From the human T2T-CHM13v2.0 reference genome, Homo sapiens: 64,000 nucleotides of DNA. The translations under genes and the position numbers were made by a program. The stretch lies in assembly GCF_009914755.1 (NCBI RefSeq), contig NC_060936.1; one strand, 5' to 3'. Shown here piece by piece: positions 17,026-30,139 of this stretch (its first letter is position 1; each line of letters begins with the position of its first letter). The notes under the pieces were generated by a model. It was not told where the DNA came from. It did not search any database and worked only from the letters and a program-made list of their open reading frames with translations.

Positions 17026-18695
17026 GCCTATGTGTGGTAGGGGCTGTTGAAGAGAGGTGGCAATCTCTGGGGCAAGGGCCTCGCTTCCATTTTGCGGTGT
17101 GCTCCTTTCATGAACTAATGAGGGCTTTGTTAGAGGACCTAAGATCGAATCCTGATGTGCCATTGTGGTTGTGTGACTTTGAGCAAGTGCTTCTCTCTCT
17201 CAGCCTCAGGTTCCTGGTCTGTAAATGGAGATGATGATAACAATAGTGATAGTTATCAACCTGACCTAATAGGGTTGTGAAGTAGATGCAGAAGGTGATC
17301 TATAAACTGCTCTGTGCCAAATTTTAACCTCCTCATTTAAACTTAAGGGTAAGATTTCAACACATTCTGGGGTTTGTTTGTGATTCCGGCTCACCATGGA
17401 AGTCTAATGCCTCTGAATTTTATGTGCCTGTGCATCCAACTTCAGCAAGGGAAGCAGCAATTTCCCCCTGCTCCCAGGTAACAGGGATCAAATGCTGGAA
17501 CCCCATAGGGAGGTGTTTTATGTGTGGGCAGGGATGTGACTGCCCAGGTGTGTGCACATGGGGCTGGAGTTGGGGAAAGTGTCTTTTAAAATGAGAACTG
17601 AGCATTGTCAGGGTTCAGGGTGAGGCTGGGAGATGGGTGGAAGGAAAGGCAGGAAGAGAAAAAGGAAGGGAGAGAAGAAATCAGGGAAAGAGCGAGGAGA
17701 GTGAGAAGGGAGATGAGAGAGGAGAAAAGAGCTGGGACAGGAAAGGAGCAGAGAAGTGAGGGAGTCCAGGGAGAGAGAGTGAAAGAGTTTGTATGGAGAC
17801 AAGAAGAAAAGAAGGGAAAGTGTGATGGGAGAGAAGGAGAGAATAAAAGGAGAGAGGAGGAGTCCTAAGGCACCCATAGCACCTTCCACGTCCTCCTTCA
17901 TAAGACTCATCATATTTTATTATGGTACAGTTTTATGGAAAGCAAGTTTCATAAGTGCTGTTTCCATGAACGTCTCATTCACTACTCATTTCTATTCATA
18001 CATCGAAATTCCATAGATGAATAAATGAGTGGGTGTGTCTAGGAAAGAGAGAGAAAAAGACAGGCAGACAGGGATGAAGGGAAGAGTGATACGGGGCAAG
18101 AGAGTGGATGAAACAGAGGGAAGATCATCAGCTCCACAAGCCCTGGCTTACCTGGGTGGGTCGGACATTGCCCATGCAAATATGCTTGGTGCAGCTTCAC
18201 CAGGAGGATGCCTGTGTACCTAGGGTGGTGACCCCAGCACCACCCTCACTATTTGGCAGAGCACCCAGACCACACCAGGACTGTCTCACCCATCCCCAAG
18301 GCTCATCACACTGGCTCAGCCTCCTCAAGCCGTAAAATGGCAGGAGTTCTACCCAAAGCCCTGCTATTCTTTCCATCAGCTAGGACACAATGTGCCATGA
18401 GGAGCCAGCCAGAGCCATCTGGTTTACTCCTCTTTCCTTTTTTGCAAAGATCTTTCTTGTTATTCTTGGTGCTCCCACATTTTATTCGCTCTGAAATGTT
18501 GTGATGTCAGAGACTCACTACCACCTGAGTTGAACCTCAAAAAGTCTTCTGGGCCCTGTTTCTAGATCACCAATGCTTTTTTTTTTTTTTTTTTTTCCAC
18601 AGAGCTTCCTATAACTAAAAGCCTGTTTAATTACCCTTCATCCTGTTTGCTCATTGCCTCCAGGATTCCAGGAAGATTTAAAAAAATCAGAAGTC

Positions 18696-19008
<313 letters not shown>

Positions 19009-20319
19009 TCAATAAGGATACTTAGTTGAATCATGTAAGCTACCAAGAGCAAATGCAAACAATAATAATTATATCCCTATTGAGGGAGGGATCAATGACT
19101 CTAAGCCAGTTTTCTGGAACCTCCCTCAGGGTTCATAAAAGCCCCACTAGGGGAATGTCAATGGATGTGTCTGTTTTGGGGCTTGGAAAGTTTCAGTATA
19201 AGTTATGGGGATAACCTAGTGACACTGTATTCATACTACCGGATTGTGCATTTCCTCAAATTGACTTTAGGATGGCCAGGTCCAAACCAGCTCCCACTGA
19301 TAGCCATGAGTGAAAGAGAAAATCAGATATCCCCCCAAGGAAGAACGCAGAGGAGCTCAGAGGTAGGAAGAACCCAGTACCACCCTGTGGCCCCTGTATG
19401 CTTAGGACAGAAAAGTATGAATAACCATAGTGTTCCATCTGGGACACTGTAAACAGTATGCTCTCACTTCTTTTTTCTACCTGAACAAGTATGCATGGTG
19501 TTCACATGAGCCTCCTTTGAGAGACCTACCATTTACTTTTTGCCCAAGTTTTTTCGACTATCCTCTTTTTGTCTTAACCACTTGAAGAGGTGATTCTCTT
19601 TCTCCTTTTCCTTCTTTTTGGGCCAGTCTTACGTCACTTTACAAACATGTTCTCCTCCCAGTCACAGGACTCCCCTGCTTCCCTCTTGGGGGCTGTATAT
19701 GGATCTGAAATCCAGCACACACGTTCTGCTTGCCAAGCCATGTGCTGTGGCACGAGATGCATCTACCCGGAGAAAATTCACACGATGGGGCTGTCCCCTC
19801 ACCAAGCTGCTGACCCTGAGTTGCAATCATTCAGAAAAAAAGGATGCCTTCTTCTAACTTGTAGAAAGATGCTGGACAGGCTACACGTGATCCTGTCAGT
19901 CTGGTTGAAGTTTAGTGTGGGCTTAAGGGAGGATTAGTAGAAACAAAGTAGATCCTATGTCAGAGTGCCTTGATCACCATGGTGGGATTTAGTGCTGAAG
20001 AATGTCATCATCACTAAACACTAAAATGGTTACTTTTTCTCTCTTTTTGCTGAGTTCACAGATTGAGCTTGAGGGAGTTCAAGGTGCATATGCTAAGATA
20101 CTCCAGCACAAATCTTACTGGGTGGAAAGGTGAGGTAAATAATAGATGACGTCATGGATCCTGGAGGGCATCTTCTGCATAAAACATCCTCTGCCTGGGT
20201 CTATCACTATCTGTTCATTCTTTTGAGTTAAGGCAGTGTTTCCCGAATTAATGTGACAATTAGATTTATATAGACCAATTGTTTAAAATATAGATTCTCA
20301 GGCTCTACCCCAGAATTGA

Positions 20320-20678
<359 letters not shown>

Positions 20679-21357
20679 ATGCTTTTGAAGACATTCTTAC
20701 GATCACGCAAGTTGGAAATTGCAAGACTAGGACATCTCCAATTTTAAAGTTCCTCGTAAATCAAGCACAGGAGAAGCAAGGGCATAGGTGGATGATGGTG
20801 GTAGTGGTTAGGTTAGATTTGCCTTTGTTAGGCACTAATGGTGTAGTAAGTGTTTCTTAAGTTTTACTGTAAAAAGAATTACTCCTTGGTTTTATTAAAA
20901 AGCAGGTTCTTGTAATTTCTCCTGTCTGTATTTCCACCCAACTCTCAGATCCTGATTTAGTGGATTTGGAGATTAGCCTGGGTATCTACATTAAAAAAAA
21001 AATCACAACTGATTGATTCTGATGTAAGTGGTTCTCAGGCCTCATTCTGAAAAACATTAGCTTATTTTCCATCTGTTTCTCAGATCATAGTCAGTTCTTC
21101 GAGGAGCTTTGAAGATGTGGGATGGAGGAGTTTTGATGGGGCTAAAGGGAGAGACGTATCTAGTACATACTTTGCTGGGACAGCCTTGCATGGCTGGATA
21201 AGTTCCCTGACATACTACATCCTCTGTGACAAGAGCTTATAAGTTTTAAGATGTAGTGGGTAAACCGTTAGAGGAAATTAGGATGGAAAGGAATACCCAG
21301 GTAACTAAGGAGGGGCTGAAATGTTTTCTCTCCCACCCCTGTCCTCTTCATTTGCAG

Positions 21358-21655
21358 AAGAAAGTATGAAATTAGCTCTGAGGCAACAAGAAAATGTGAA
21401 CAGCACACTGAAGAGGGCGAAAGATGAAGTACGCCCTCTTCTAAAGGCAATGGAAACCAAGGTGAATGAGACAAAGAAGCACAAAACCCAAATGAAACTC
21501 TTCCCACACTCACAGCTTTTCAGGCAATGGGGCGAGGATCTTTCTGAGGCCCAGCAGAAGGCGGCCCAGGACCTCTTCCGGAAGTTTGGTTACAACGCGT
21601 ACCTCAGCAACCAGCTGCCTCTCAATCGCACCATCCCCGACACGCGAGACTACAG
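21358..21655 (+). CDS. GALNT8: GALNT8 coding exon 2 (stem, start of catalytic region)
   Basis: Acceptor tttgcag|; (K)ESMKLALRQQ...FGYNAYLSNQLPLNRTIPDTRDY(R), with the GalNAc-T N-x-x-x-S...R-x-x-PD-x-R motif; donor AG|GTGGG; 298 nt. Confidence 0.97.
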
Positions 21656-22164
21656 GTGGGATGAACCAGGCTTGGGCTTCTAGGGTCCTCAGTTTGATTT
21701 GAGGATGAGCTTTGGGAGCAGTGAACATTGAAGGCTGGGGGAGTGGGGGATTGTTGGGGAAGGGGTTCAGGCTGAGCAAAGTTGTTGTTTTCAATTTATT
21801 TTATAATGACAGCTCAGAGAAGATAACCAACTGATCCAAATATTTACAGACCCTTGGGAAAGAACAGAAATGTCAGAGGAGCAGAGGTCCTTTGCAACTC
21901 TGATCCAGAGAAACAGAGATATGGTGGGTCTAACTGATAATTTTACAGATGAGGAAACTGAAGCTGAGAAGGGACTTGCGCAAGTCACACCAAAGCCAGT
22001 AGCTCTACCTCCTTTCCTAGGACTTTGCTCAAATTCTCTACTTGAATTCCTCTTTGCTGGTAAATCTAATTTGAAGAGCAATCCCTCTCCCTCTCCATCT
22101 GTTTCCCTTTGCTATTGTTTTTTTTTTCTCATTCTGTGTCTCCCACCCTCCTTCATAATACTTT

Positions 22165-25100
22165 TTTAGAAACAGCTTTGTTGAGATGTAATTCACATAC
22201 CATGCAATTTATCCATTTAAAGTGTGCAATGTAATGTTTTTCAGTATATTCACAGAGTTATTTACTATTCCCACAATCAATTTTAAAACATTTTCATCAC
22301 TTTAAAAAGAAACGGCTTTAGCAGGCCCTCCACATTTTCCTACAACTTCCTCATCCATAGGCAACCACCACTAATCTACTTTTTATCCCTATGGATTTGT
22401 CTGTTCCGGACCTTTTGTATTAATTGAATCAGGTAATATGGGGTCTTTTGTGACTAACATTTTTCACTTATCACAGTGTTTTCAAGTATCATTCACATTA
22501 TAACACATATCAATACTTCGTTCCTTTTTATTGTTAAATAATATTTCATTGTCTGGATTATACCTACCGCATTTCCTTTATCCATTCATCAGGTGATGAA
22601 CATTTGGATTGTTCCCACTTTTTGACCATTATGAATAATACTGCTGTGAACATTCATGTATAAGTTTTTGTGTGAACAAATGTCTTCTTTTCTTGTAGGT
22701 GTACCCGATGGGTAGAATTGCTGGGCCATATGATAATTCTGTATTTAGCCTTTCAAAGAACTGCCAGGTGGTTTTCCAAAGTGACTCCATCATTTAACAT
22801 TCCCTCAAGCAGTATATGAGAGTTCTGATTTTTCCACATACTCACTAACATTTGTTATTATTTTTCTTTTTAACTATAGCCATCCTAGTGGGTCTGAAGT
22901 GGTATCTCATTGTGATTTTGTTTTAAATTTCCCTGAGGCCTAATAGTGTGGGACATCTTTTCATGTGCTATTGGCCATATGTATGTCTTCTTTGGAGAAA
23001 TGTCTATTTGGAGACGTTCTTTTAAAAAAAAATTGGCTTATTTTTTTTTTATTATTGAGTTGCAGAGTACTTTATATATCCTAGATACAAATTCCTATCA
23101 GAAATATCACTTGTTAATGATTTCTTTCATTGTGTAGATTGTCTGTTCACTTTCTTGATGGTCGTCTTTGAAACACAAGAGTTTTAAATCTTAATGATGT
23201 CCAATTTATCTATTTTCTCCTGGGTTGCTTGTACTTTTGGTGTTATATCTAAGAGACCTTGCTTGGTACAAGGTCGCAAAGGTTTACACCCATGTTTTCT
23301 TCTAAGAATTTTATAGTTTCAGTCTTAAATTTAGGTGTTTGGTCCATTTTAGTTTTTGTACATAATGTGACAAGGAGGGTCCAACTTCATTATTTTATGT
23401 GTAGCTATTCAGTTATCCTACTACCTTGGTTGAATAGACTACTCTTTCCACATCAGATTGTCCTGCCACCCTTCTTGAAATCAATTGGTGATAAATGTAA
23501 GGGTTTATTTCTGGATATCAATCCTCTTTCGTTGCTGTATAGGCCTATCCTTATGCCAGGAACACATTGTCTTAACAATTGTAATTTTGTAGTACATTTT
23601 GAAATTGAAAATGTGAATCTTCCAACTTTCTTCTTCTTTCTCAAGACTGTTTTGTCTATTCTGGGACCTTGAATTTCCATATGAGTTTTAGGATTAGTTT
23701 GTCAATTTCTGCAAAGAAACCAGCAGGATTTTGACAGGGATTTCATTAACTCTGTAGCTCTGCAGATCTGTAGATTTGTGGAGGACTTCATTTAAAAATT
23801 AGATCTTCCAATCCACGGCTGTGAGAAATCTTTCCATTTATTTAGGTCTTTAATTTCTTTCAACAATGTTTTGAGTTTTCACAGTATAAGTTTGTTTATG
23901 TCTTTTGTTAAATTTATTCCTAGGTATTTGTCTTTTTGATGCTATTGGAAATGTGACTGTTTTTAAAAATATTTTATTTAAATTGGCAAAATTGTATATC
24001 TTATCATGTACAATATGATGTTTTGAAATGTATACACATCGTGGAATGGCTAATATATATCTAAATTAACATATGCATTACCTCACAATTATTTTCAGTG
24101 AGAATACTTAACATCTAGTCTCTTAGCAATTTTCAAGAATACCACATATTGCTATTGACAATAGTCACCATGTCGTACAATACAACTCTTGAACTTATTC
24201 CTCCTATCTAACTGAAATTTGTATCCTTTAACCAACATCTCTCTAACCCCTCTTCGCCCAGCCCCCACCCTGGCTCCTGGTAACCACCTTTCATTCTACT
24301 CTCTTTCTGTGAATTCAACTTTTTCAGATTCCACCTGTAAGTGAGATCATGTAGTATTTGTATTTCTGTTCCTTGCTTATTTTACTTAACATAATGTACT
24401 CCACATTTATCCATGTTGTCACAAAAGACAGAATTTCCTTCTTTTTTTGTGGCTGAATAGTATTCCATCTATTATGGAATAGTATTCCACTATTATGAAT
24501 AATGCTCCAATGAAAATGGGAGTGCAGTCTCTCTTCAATATACTAATTCATTTCCTGTGGAGATATACCCAGTATAGGATTGCTAGATCATACAGTAGTT
24601 CCATTTTTAGTATTTGAGGAATCTCTATACTGTTTTCTTTATTGGGTGTACTAATTTACATTCCCACTAACTGTGCAATGGTTCTATTTTTTCCACATTA
24701 TCGTCAATACTTGTTATCTTTTATTTTTTGATAGTAGCCATTCTAACAAGGGTGAGATGATAGTGCAATGTGAGTTTAATTTGCATTTTCCCTGATGGTT
24801 AATATATGGAACATTTTTTTCATAAAGCTCTTGGCCATTTATAGTCTTCTTTTGAGAAATGTTTGCTTAGGTCATTTGCTGATTTTTATTTTTCTCGTTA
24901 TTGAGTTGTTTCTGTTCCTTATATATTTTGGATATTAACTTCTTATTAAATATATGGTTTGCAAATATTTCCTCTCATTCTGTAGGTTGTCTCTTCATTC
25001 TTTTGATTTTTTTCCTTGCTGTGTAGAAGATTTTTAGTTTGATGTAATGCTATTTGTCTATTTTTGTTTTTGTTGCCTGTGGCTTTGGGGTCTTATCCAA

Positions 25101-26675
25101 AAAGTCATTGCCCAAACCAATGTCCTGGAAAATTTTCTCTATTTTCTTTATAGGAGTTTTACAGTTCTGGGTTTTATATTTAAGTCTTTAATCTAGTTTC
25201 AGTTGATTTTGTATATGGTGTGAGATAGGGTTCAGTATTACTCTTTTTAAACGTGGGTATTCCGTTTTCCCAAAACCATTTATTGAAGAGGCAGTCCTCT
25301 TTCCATTGCGTTTTCTTGACATCTTTGTTGAAAATCAGTTGCTTATAAATGTGTGGATTTATATCTGTGTTCTATATTCTGTTCCACTACTCTATGTCTG
25401 TTTTTATGGCAGTATCATGCTGTTTTGATTACCATAGCTTAATATAGTATATTTTGAAGTCATGTAGTGTAATGTCTCCAGCTTTCTTCTTTTGGCTAAA
25501 GATTGCTTTGGCTATTCAGGATAATTTATGGTTCCATTTAGAACTTTTAGAGTTGTTTTTTCTATCTGTAAAAAAAGGTCTTTAGAATTTTGTTAGGGAT
25601 TGAATTCAATCTGTAGATCACTATGGGAGGCATGAACATTTTAACAGTATTAATTCTTCCAACCCCTGAACCTGAGATGATTTTTCTTTTCTTTTTTTTT
25701 TTTTTTTGAGACGGAGTCTCTCTCTGTCGCCCAGCAATCTCGGCTCACTGCAAGCTCCACCTCCTGGGTTCATGCCATTCTCCTGCCTCAGCCTCTCCGA
25801 GTAGCTGGGACTACAGGCGCCCACCACCACGCCCAGCTAATTTTTTGTATTTTTAGTAGAGACGGGGTTTCACCATGGTCTCTATCTCCTGACCTTGTGA
25901 TCTGCCTGCCTCGGCCTCCCAAAGTGCTGGGATTACAAGCGTGAGCCACCGCCCCCGGCCTGAGATGATTTTTCATTTATTTGTGTTTCTTTAATTTCAT
26001 TCACCAGTATTTTAAAGTTTTCTATGTAGATATCTTTCACCTCCTTGGTTAAATGTATTCATAAGTATTAAGTGTTTGTATAGCTATCATATATAGAATT
26101 GCTTGATTTCCTTTTTCGACAGTTTGCTGTCAGTGTATAGTAAGGCTACTGATTTTTGTATGTTGATTTTGCAACTTTACTGAATTTGTTTATTAGTTTT
26201 AACCATTTGTAGTGGGTTCTTTAGGGCTTTATATATATAGATCATGTCATCTGCAAACAGGGACAATCTACACTTCTTTCCCAATTTTGATGCCTTTTAT
26301 TTCTTTCTCTTGCCTGATTGCTCTCGCTAGGACTTCTAGAAGCATGTTGAATACAAATGTGAGAGCGAGCATTCTTGTCTTGTTCCTGACCTTAGAGGAA
26401 AAGCTCTCAATTTTTCCTCATTGAGTATGATGTTAGCTGTGGGTTTGTCATATGACCTTTATTGTATTGAAGGTACAATTCTTCTATACCTAATTAGTTG
26501 AGATTTTTTATCATGAAAAAATGTTGAGTTTTTGTTAAGTGATTTTTCGCATCTATTGAGATGATCATATAGTTTTTGTCCTTCATTCTGTTAATGTGGT
26601 TTATTACATATAGAGATTTGTGTATGTTGGACTATCTTTGCATCGCATCCCTGAAATAAATCTCACTTCATCATG
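22165..26675 (-). mobile_element. Two antisense L1 3' portions in series (L1MB-like 22165-23965; L1MA-like 23970-26675) with AluY at 25686-25960
   Basis: Two separate L1 3'-end signatures and antisense ORF2 remnants; Alu flanked by TSD CTGAGATGATTTTTC. Confidence 0.85.
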
Positions 26676-26709
26676 CCATGTTGGCCAGGCTAATTAGTCC
26701 TGCTGTGAA

Positions 26710-26880
26710 CAGGACCACCTACACAATTTGCAGAGCCCAGTGCAAAATGAAAATGAGGGACCTTCATTAAAAAATAATTAAGAATTTCAGGATGATAAAA
26801 GTAATGAATGAAATCAATAGGGGAGACCTATGTGTGGGGTCCTGTGTGACTGCACAGGTTGCATACCATAAAGCTGGCCC
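26710..26880 (-). mobile_element. MER91A-like hAT DNA transposon
   Basis: CAGGACC...AATTTGCAGAGCCCAGTGCAAAATGAAAATG...GCTGGCCCT resembles the MER91A consensus. Confidence 0.7.
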
Positions 26881-26889
26881 TCCCAATGT

Positions 26890-26978
26890 AATATATATTC
26901 TCACATTGGGATTTTCTAAGGGAAATTATGTGGCTGGCATAATTTGCCTTAGAAAATCCCAATGTAAGAATACATATT
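26890..26978. repeat. Inverted repeat, 41-bp arms, 3 mismatches, 7-nt loop
   Basis: 26890-26930 versus reverse complement of 26938-26978. Confidence 0.95.
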
Positions 26979-27133
26979 TTGTGATTGGTTAAAGCCTGTT
27001 TGCATGTATACAAATTAGTTTATGTGTTCCACACGACAGTAGTTTCAGGCAAAATTGTGATATGAATAAAGTTTATCTTTCCAGCTGTAGCACATAGAAC
27101 TTACCTTATGTCCTTAAGCCATTGTTCTCTCCC

Positions 27134-28146
27134 ATTGCTTGAGATGGTACACTGTGATTCTCCACCGGGAGGAGTGGCTAGAGATCTGTTCCTCTAGATG
27201 TCATCCAACCAACAAACACTTTTTCAGTATCTTCTGCTGCACTGTTCAATATGATAGCTACTAGTCACACATGGCTACTTAAATGTAAATTAATTAAAAT
27301 TATTTGCTTGAGGTGGTACACTGTGATTCTCTGCTGGGAGGAGTGGCTAGAGATCTGTTCCTCTAGATGTCATCCAACCAACAAACACTTTTTCAGTATC
27401 TTCTGCTGCACTGTTCAATATGATAGCTACTAGTCACACATGGCTACTTAAATGTAAATTAATTAAAATTATTTGCTTGAGGTGGTACACTGTGATTCTC
27501 TGCTGGGAGGAGTGGCTAGAGATCTGTTCCTCTAGATGTCATCCAACCAACAAACACTTTTTCAGTATCTTCTGCTGCACTGTTCAATATGATAGCTACT
27601 AGTCACACATGGCTACTTAAATGTAAATTAATTAAAATTATTTGCTTGAGGTGGTACACTGTGATTCTCTGCTGGGAGGAGTGGCTAGAGATCTGTTCCT
27701 CTAGATGTCATCCAACCAACAAACACTTTTTCAGTATCTTCTGCTGCACCGTTCAGTATGATAGCTACTAGTCACACATGGCTACTTAAATGTAAATTAA
27801 TTAAAATTATTTGCTTGAGGTGGTACACTGTGATTCTCTGCTGGGAGGAGTGGCTAGAGATCTGTTCCTCTAGATGTCATCCAACCAACAAACACTTTTT
27901 CAGTATCTTCTGCTGCACCGTTCAGTATGATAGCTACTAGTCACACATGGCTACTTAAATGTAAATTAATTAAAATTATTTGCTTGAGGTGGTACACTGT
28001 GATTCTCTGCTGGGAGGAGTGGCTAGAGATCTGTTCCTCTAGATGTCATCCAACCAACAAATACTTTTTCAGTATCTTCTGCTGCAATGTTCAATATGAT
28101 AGCTACTAGTCACATATGGCTACTTAAATGTAAATTAATTAAAATT
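27134..28146. repeat. Tandem array, 6 x 169 bp
   Basis: TTGCTTGAG recurs at 27135, 27304, 27473, 27642, 27811, 27980; near-identical ORFs at 169-nt spacing. Confidence 0.99.
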
Positions 28147-28283
28147 CAATTAAGCATTTAGGTTTTGGTTACATTAGCCGTATTATAAGTGCTTGATAGG
28201 CACATGTGGCTAGTAGCTATCGTTATGTATAGGATAGATATAAAACATTTCGTCATTGCAGAAAATTCTACTGGACAGTGCTG
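28082..28283. mobile_element. MER3 (hAT-Charlie) DNA transposon
   Basis: CTGCAATGTTCAATATGATAGCTACTAGTCACATATGGCT...AATTAATTAAAATT...CACATGTGGCTAGTAGCT...GGACAGTGCTG. Confidence 0.8.
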
Positions 28284-30139
28284 GTCTACACATTCCAGGC
28301 CAGGTACTGGTGATGCAGGGAGGAGGGAGAGATTATTCTTTTGGAACCACGGGAGGCACATTTCCTACCTCTTTTGATTGATATACGGTGGGTAAGAAAA
28401 TGTGGGTACGGATAAGAGAAGTGTCGTGAAAGCATTTCAAATATAGCCAAGAATATGCAAAAGATGCACAGGAAACAGGGCAGAGGAGAGAAAATCTGAA
28501 GTCACTGATGTGATTATGTGGATTAGAGGAAAGAGAAGTTCAGCAGAATTTTAATCAGTCTTCCATTTAACATAATCACCTATTCTTACTCACAATTAAA
28601 TACAGATTTATTGTATAACCATCCCGTACCAGACATTAAGAACTGCCACTAGGCTTTAAAGAATTTAAAGTTCATCTCTGCCAGGCTCCTCTGCCTGTGC
28701 TTTAAATATTCATCATCCTCAGGCTTTAGTCCAAGGCTCGTTTCTGCTGGTAGTTAAGGTGATTTTATCCACTTACGAATTCGCCACTTACATGGCAGTG
28801 ACTCCCGAATCCACAGGACTGTAATCCAGACTGTTCTTCTGAGGCTCCAGGGCCATATATGTAGTGACCTACCAGGGAATTCCATGGGGTGACTCAGAGG
28901 CATCTCAGACTCCACATGGCCAAACCTAAGCTGATCCACTTCTTTTTCTCCTCTTATTGCTCCTAGCTCAGTGAATGTTGCCATTGTCTACGTAATAATG
29001 ACAACAAGAACAAAAATAACCAGCAAAGTGGTAAGAATAGCAGATAACCTTTATGGAGCTTCTTTTACTCTGAGCCCTTATGCACATTACCACATTTGAA
29101 CCTCATAATAATACTATGATGTGAGGATTACTCCTTCTCCTCCTACTATTACTACCAATACTACTGCTACTAACCACCACCCTCACCGTCTTATAAATAA
29201 GGAAAGGAAGAGAAGCACAAAAAGATCATGCAGATAGAAAGTGACAGCTGTGACTCGAGTGAACACAGGTCTTTCTGGAGACTCTGCTCCTACTCTTACT
29301 GTACCACCCTCTTACAGCATTGGTATCACTTGGGAGCCTGGAAGAAATTCAGGATCTCAGACCCCGCTCAGACCTACTGATGAGAGGCTGCACTTTAACA
29401 AGATCCCCAAGTGATTTGTGTGCGGGTATTGCTAGAATCTGAGAATTTTTTTGTGGTCTAGTATTGCCCCTTCAACTTCCACCTGCCCACCACATTTGAA
29501 TAATGAATGAGATGAGGAAATCAGATTGAAAGTATCTTCCTTTCGCTTCTTTCTTTCTCCAGGGTTGGCCTTAGGTGAGGTCTTCACACCTTCCCACCTG
29601 TATTATGGCGTCCACATGTGGCTGATTACCTTCTGTTGTCCTCATGGCAGCCTGAATGGTTTCTTTAAAATGTTAATTTGGTCATACCAATCCTTTGCTT
29701 AAAACCCTTTAGTCCCTCTAGGATGAAGTCCAGTCTTCCTAGCTTCCAATGTCCAGCCCCTCTGGTCTGTCCGTCCTCATATCTCTTGGCACTACTACTA
29801 AGCAGGGCAGTTCTCCAAGGAGTGTGTGCTTTTTTGTGTCCCTGGCATTCACCTGCATTTTGGCTTTTGCCTAAAATTCCCTTGCAATTTCAGAGGGTGC
29901 AATTCAAATGCCTGCCAACATACATGTTGTGAGCATTTTGGGTGAGGGCGATGGTGAACGGGTGAACAGTGAGCTACGCTGTGAGTAACTGCAGCAACCC
30001 TGGCCCTGGACAGAGCAGGGGCTATCTGCTGGAAAAGTGGTTGCAGTGAGATAAATATTTGCTTTGTCAGAGAGACAAGAAATCTGGATTTGTATGTTGG
30101 CAACTACTTGAAGTTTTTAAAAAATGTGTGGATTGAGGC

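Noticed and set aside
17630-17862. Purine-rich GA tract with an E/R/K-rich ORF
   Set aside because: Low-complexity sequence without splice or coding support
27251-28109. Five near-identical 60-aa ORFs, superficially CRISPR-like or a repeated gene
   Set aside because: By-product of the 169-bp tandem unit; no unique spacers, units shift frame, and part of the unit is MER3
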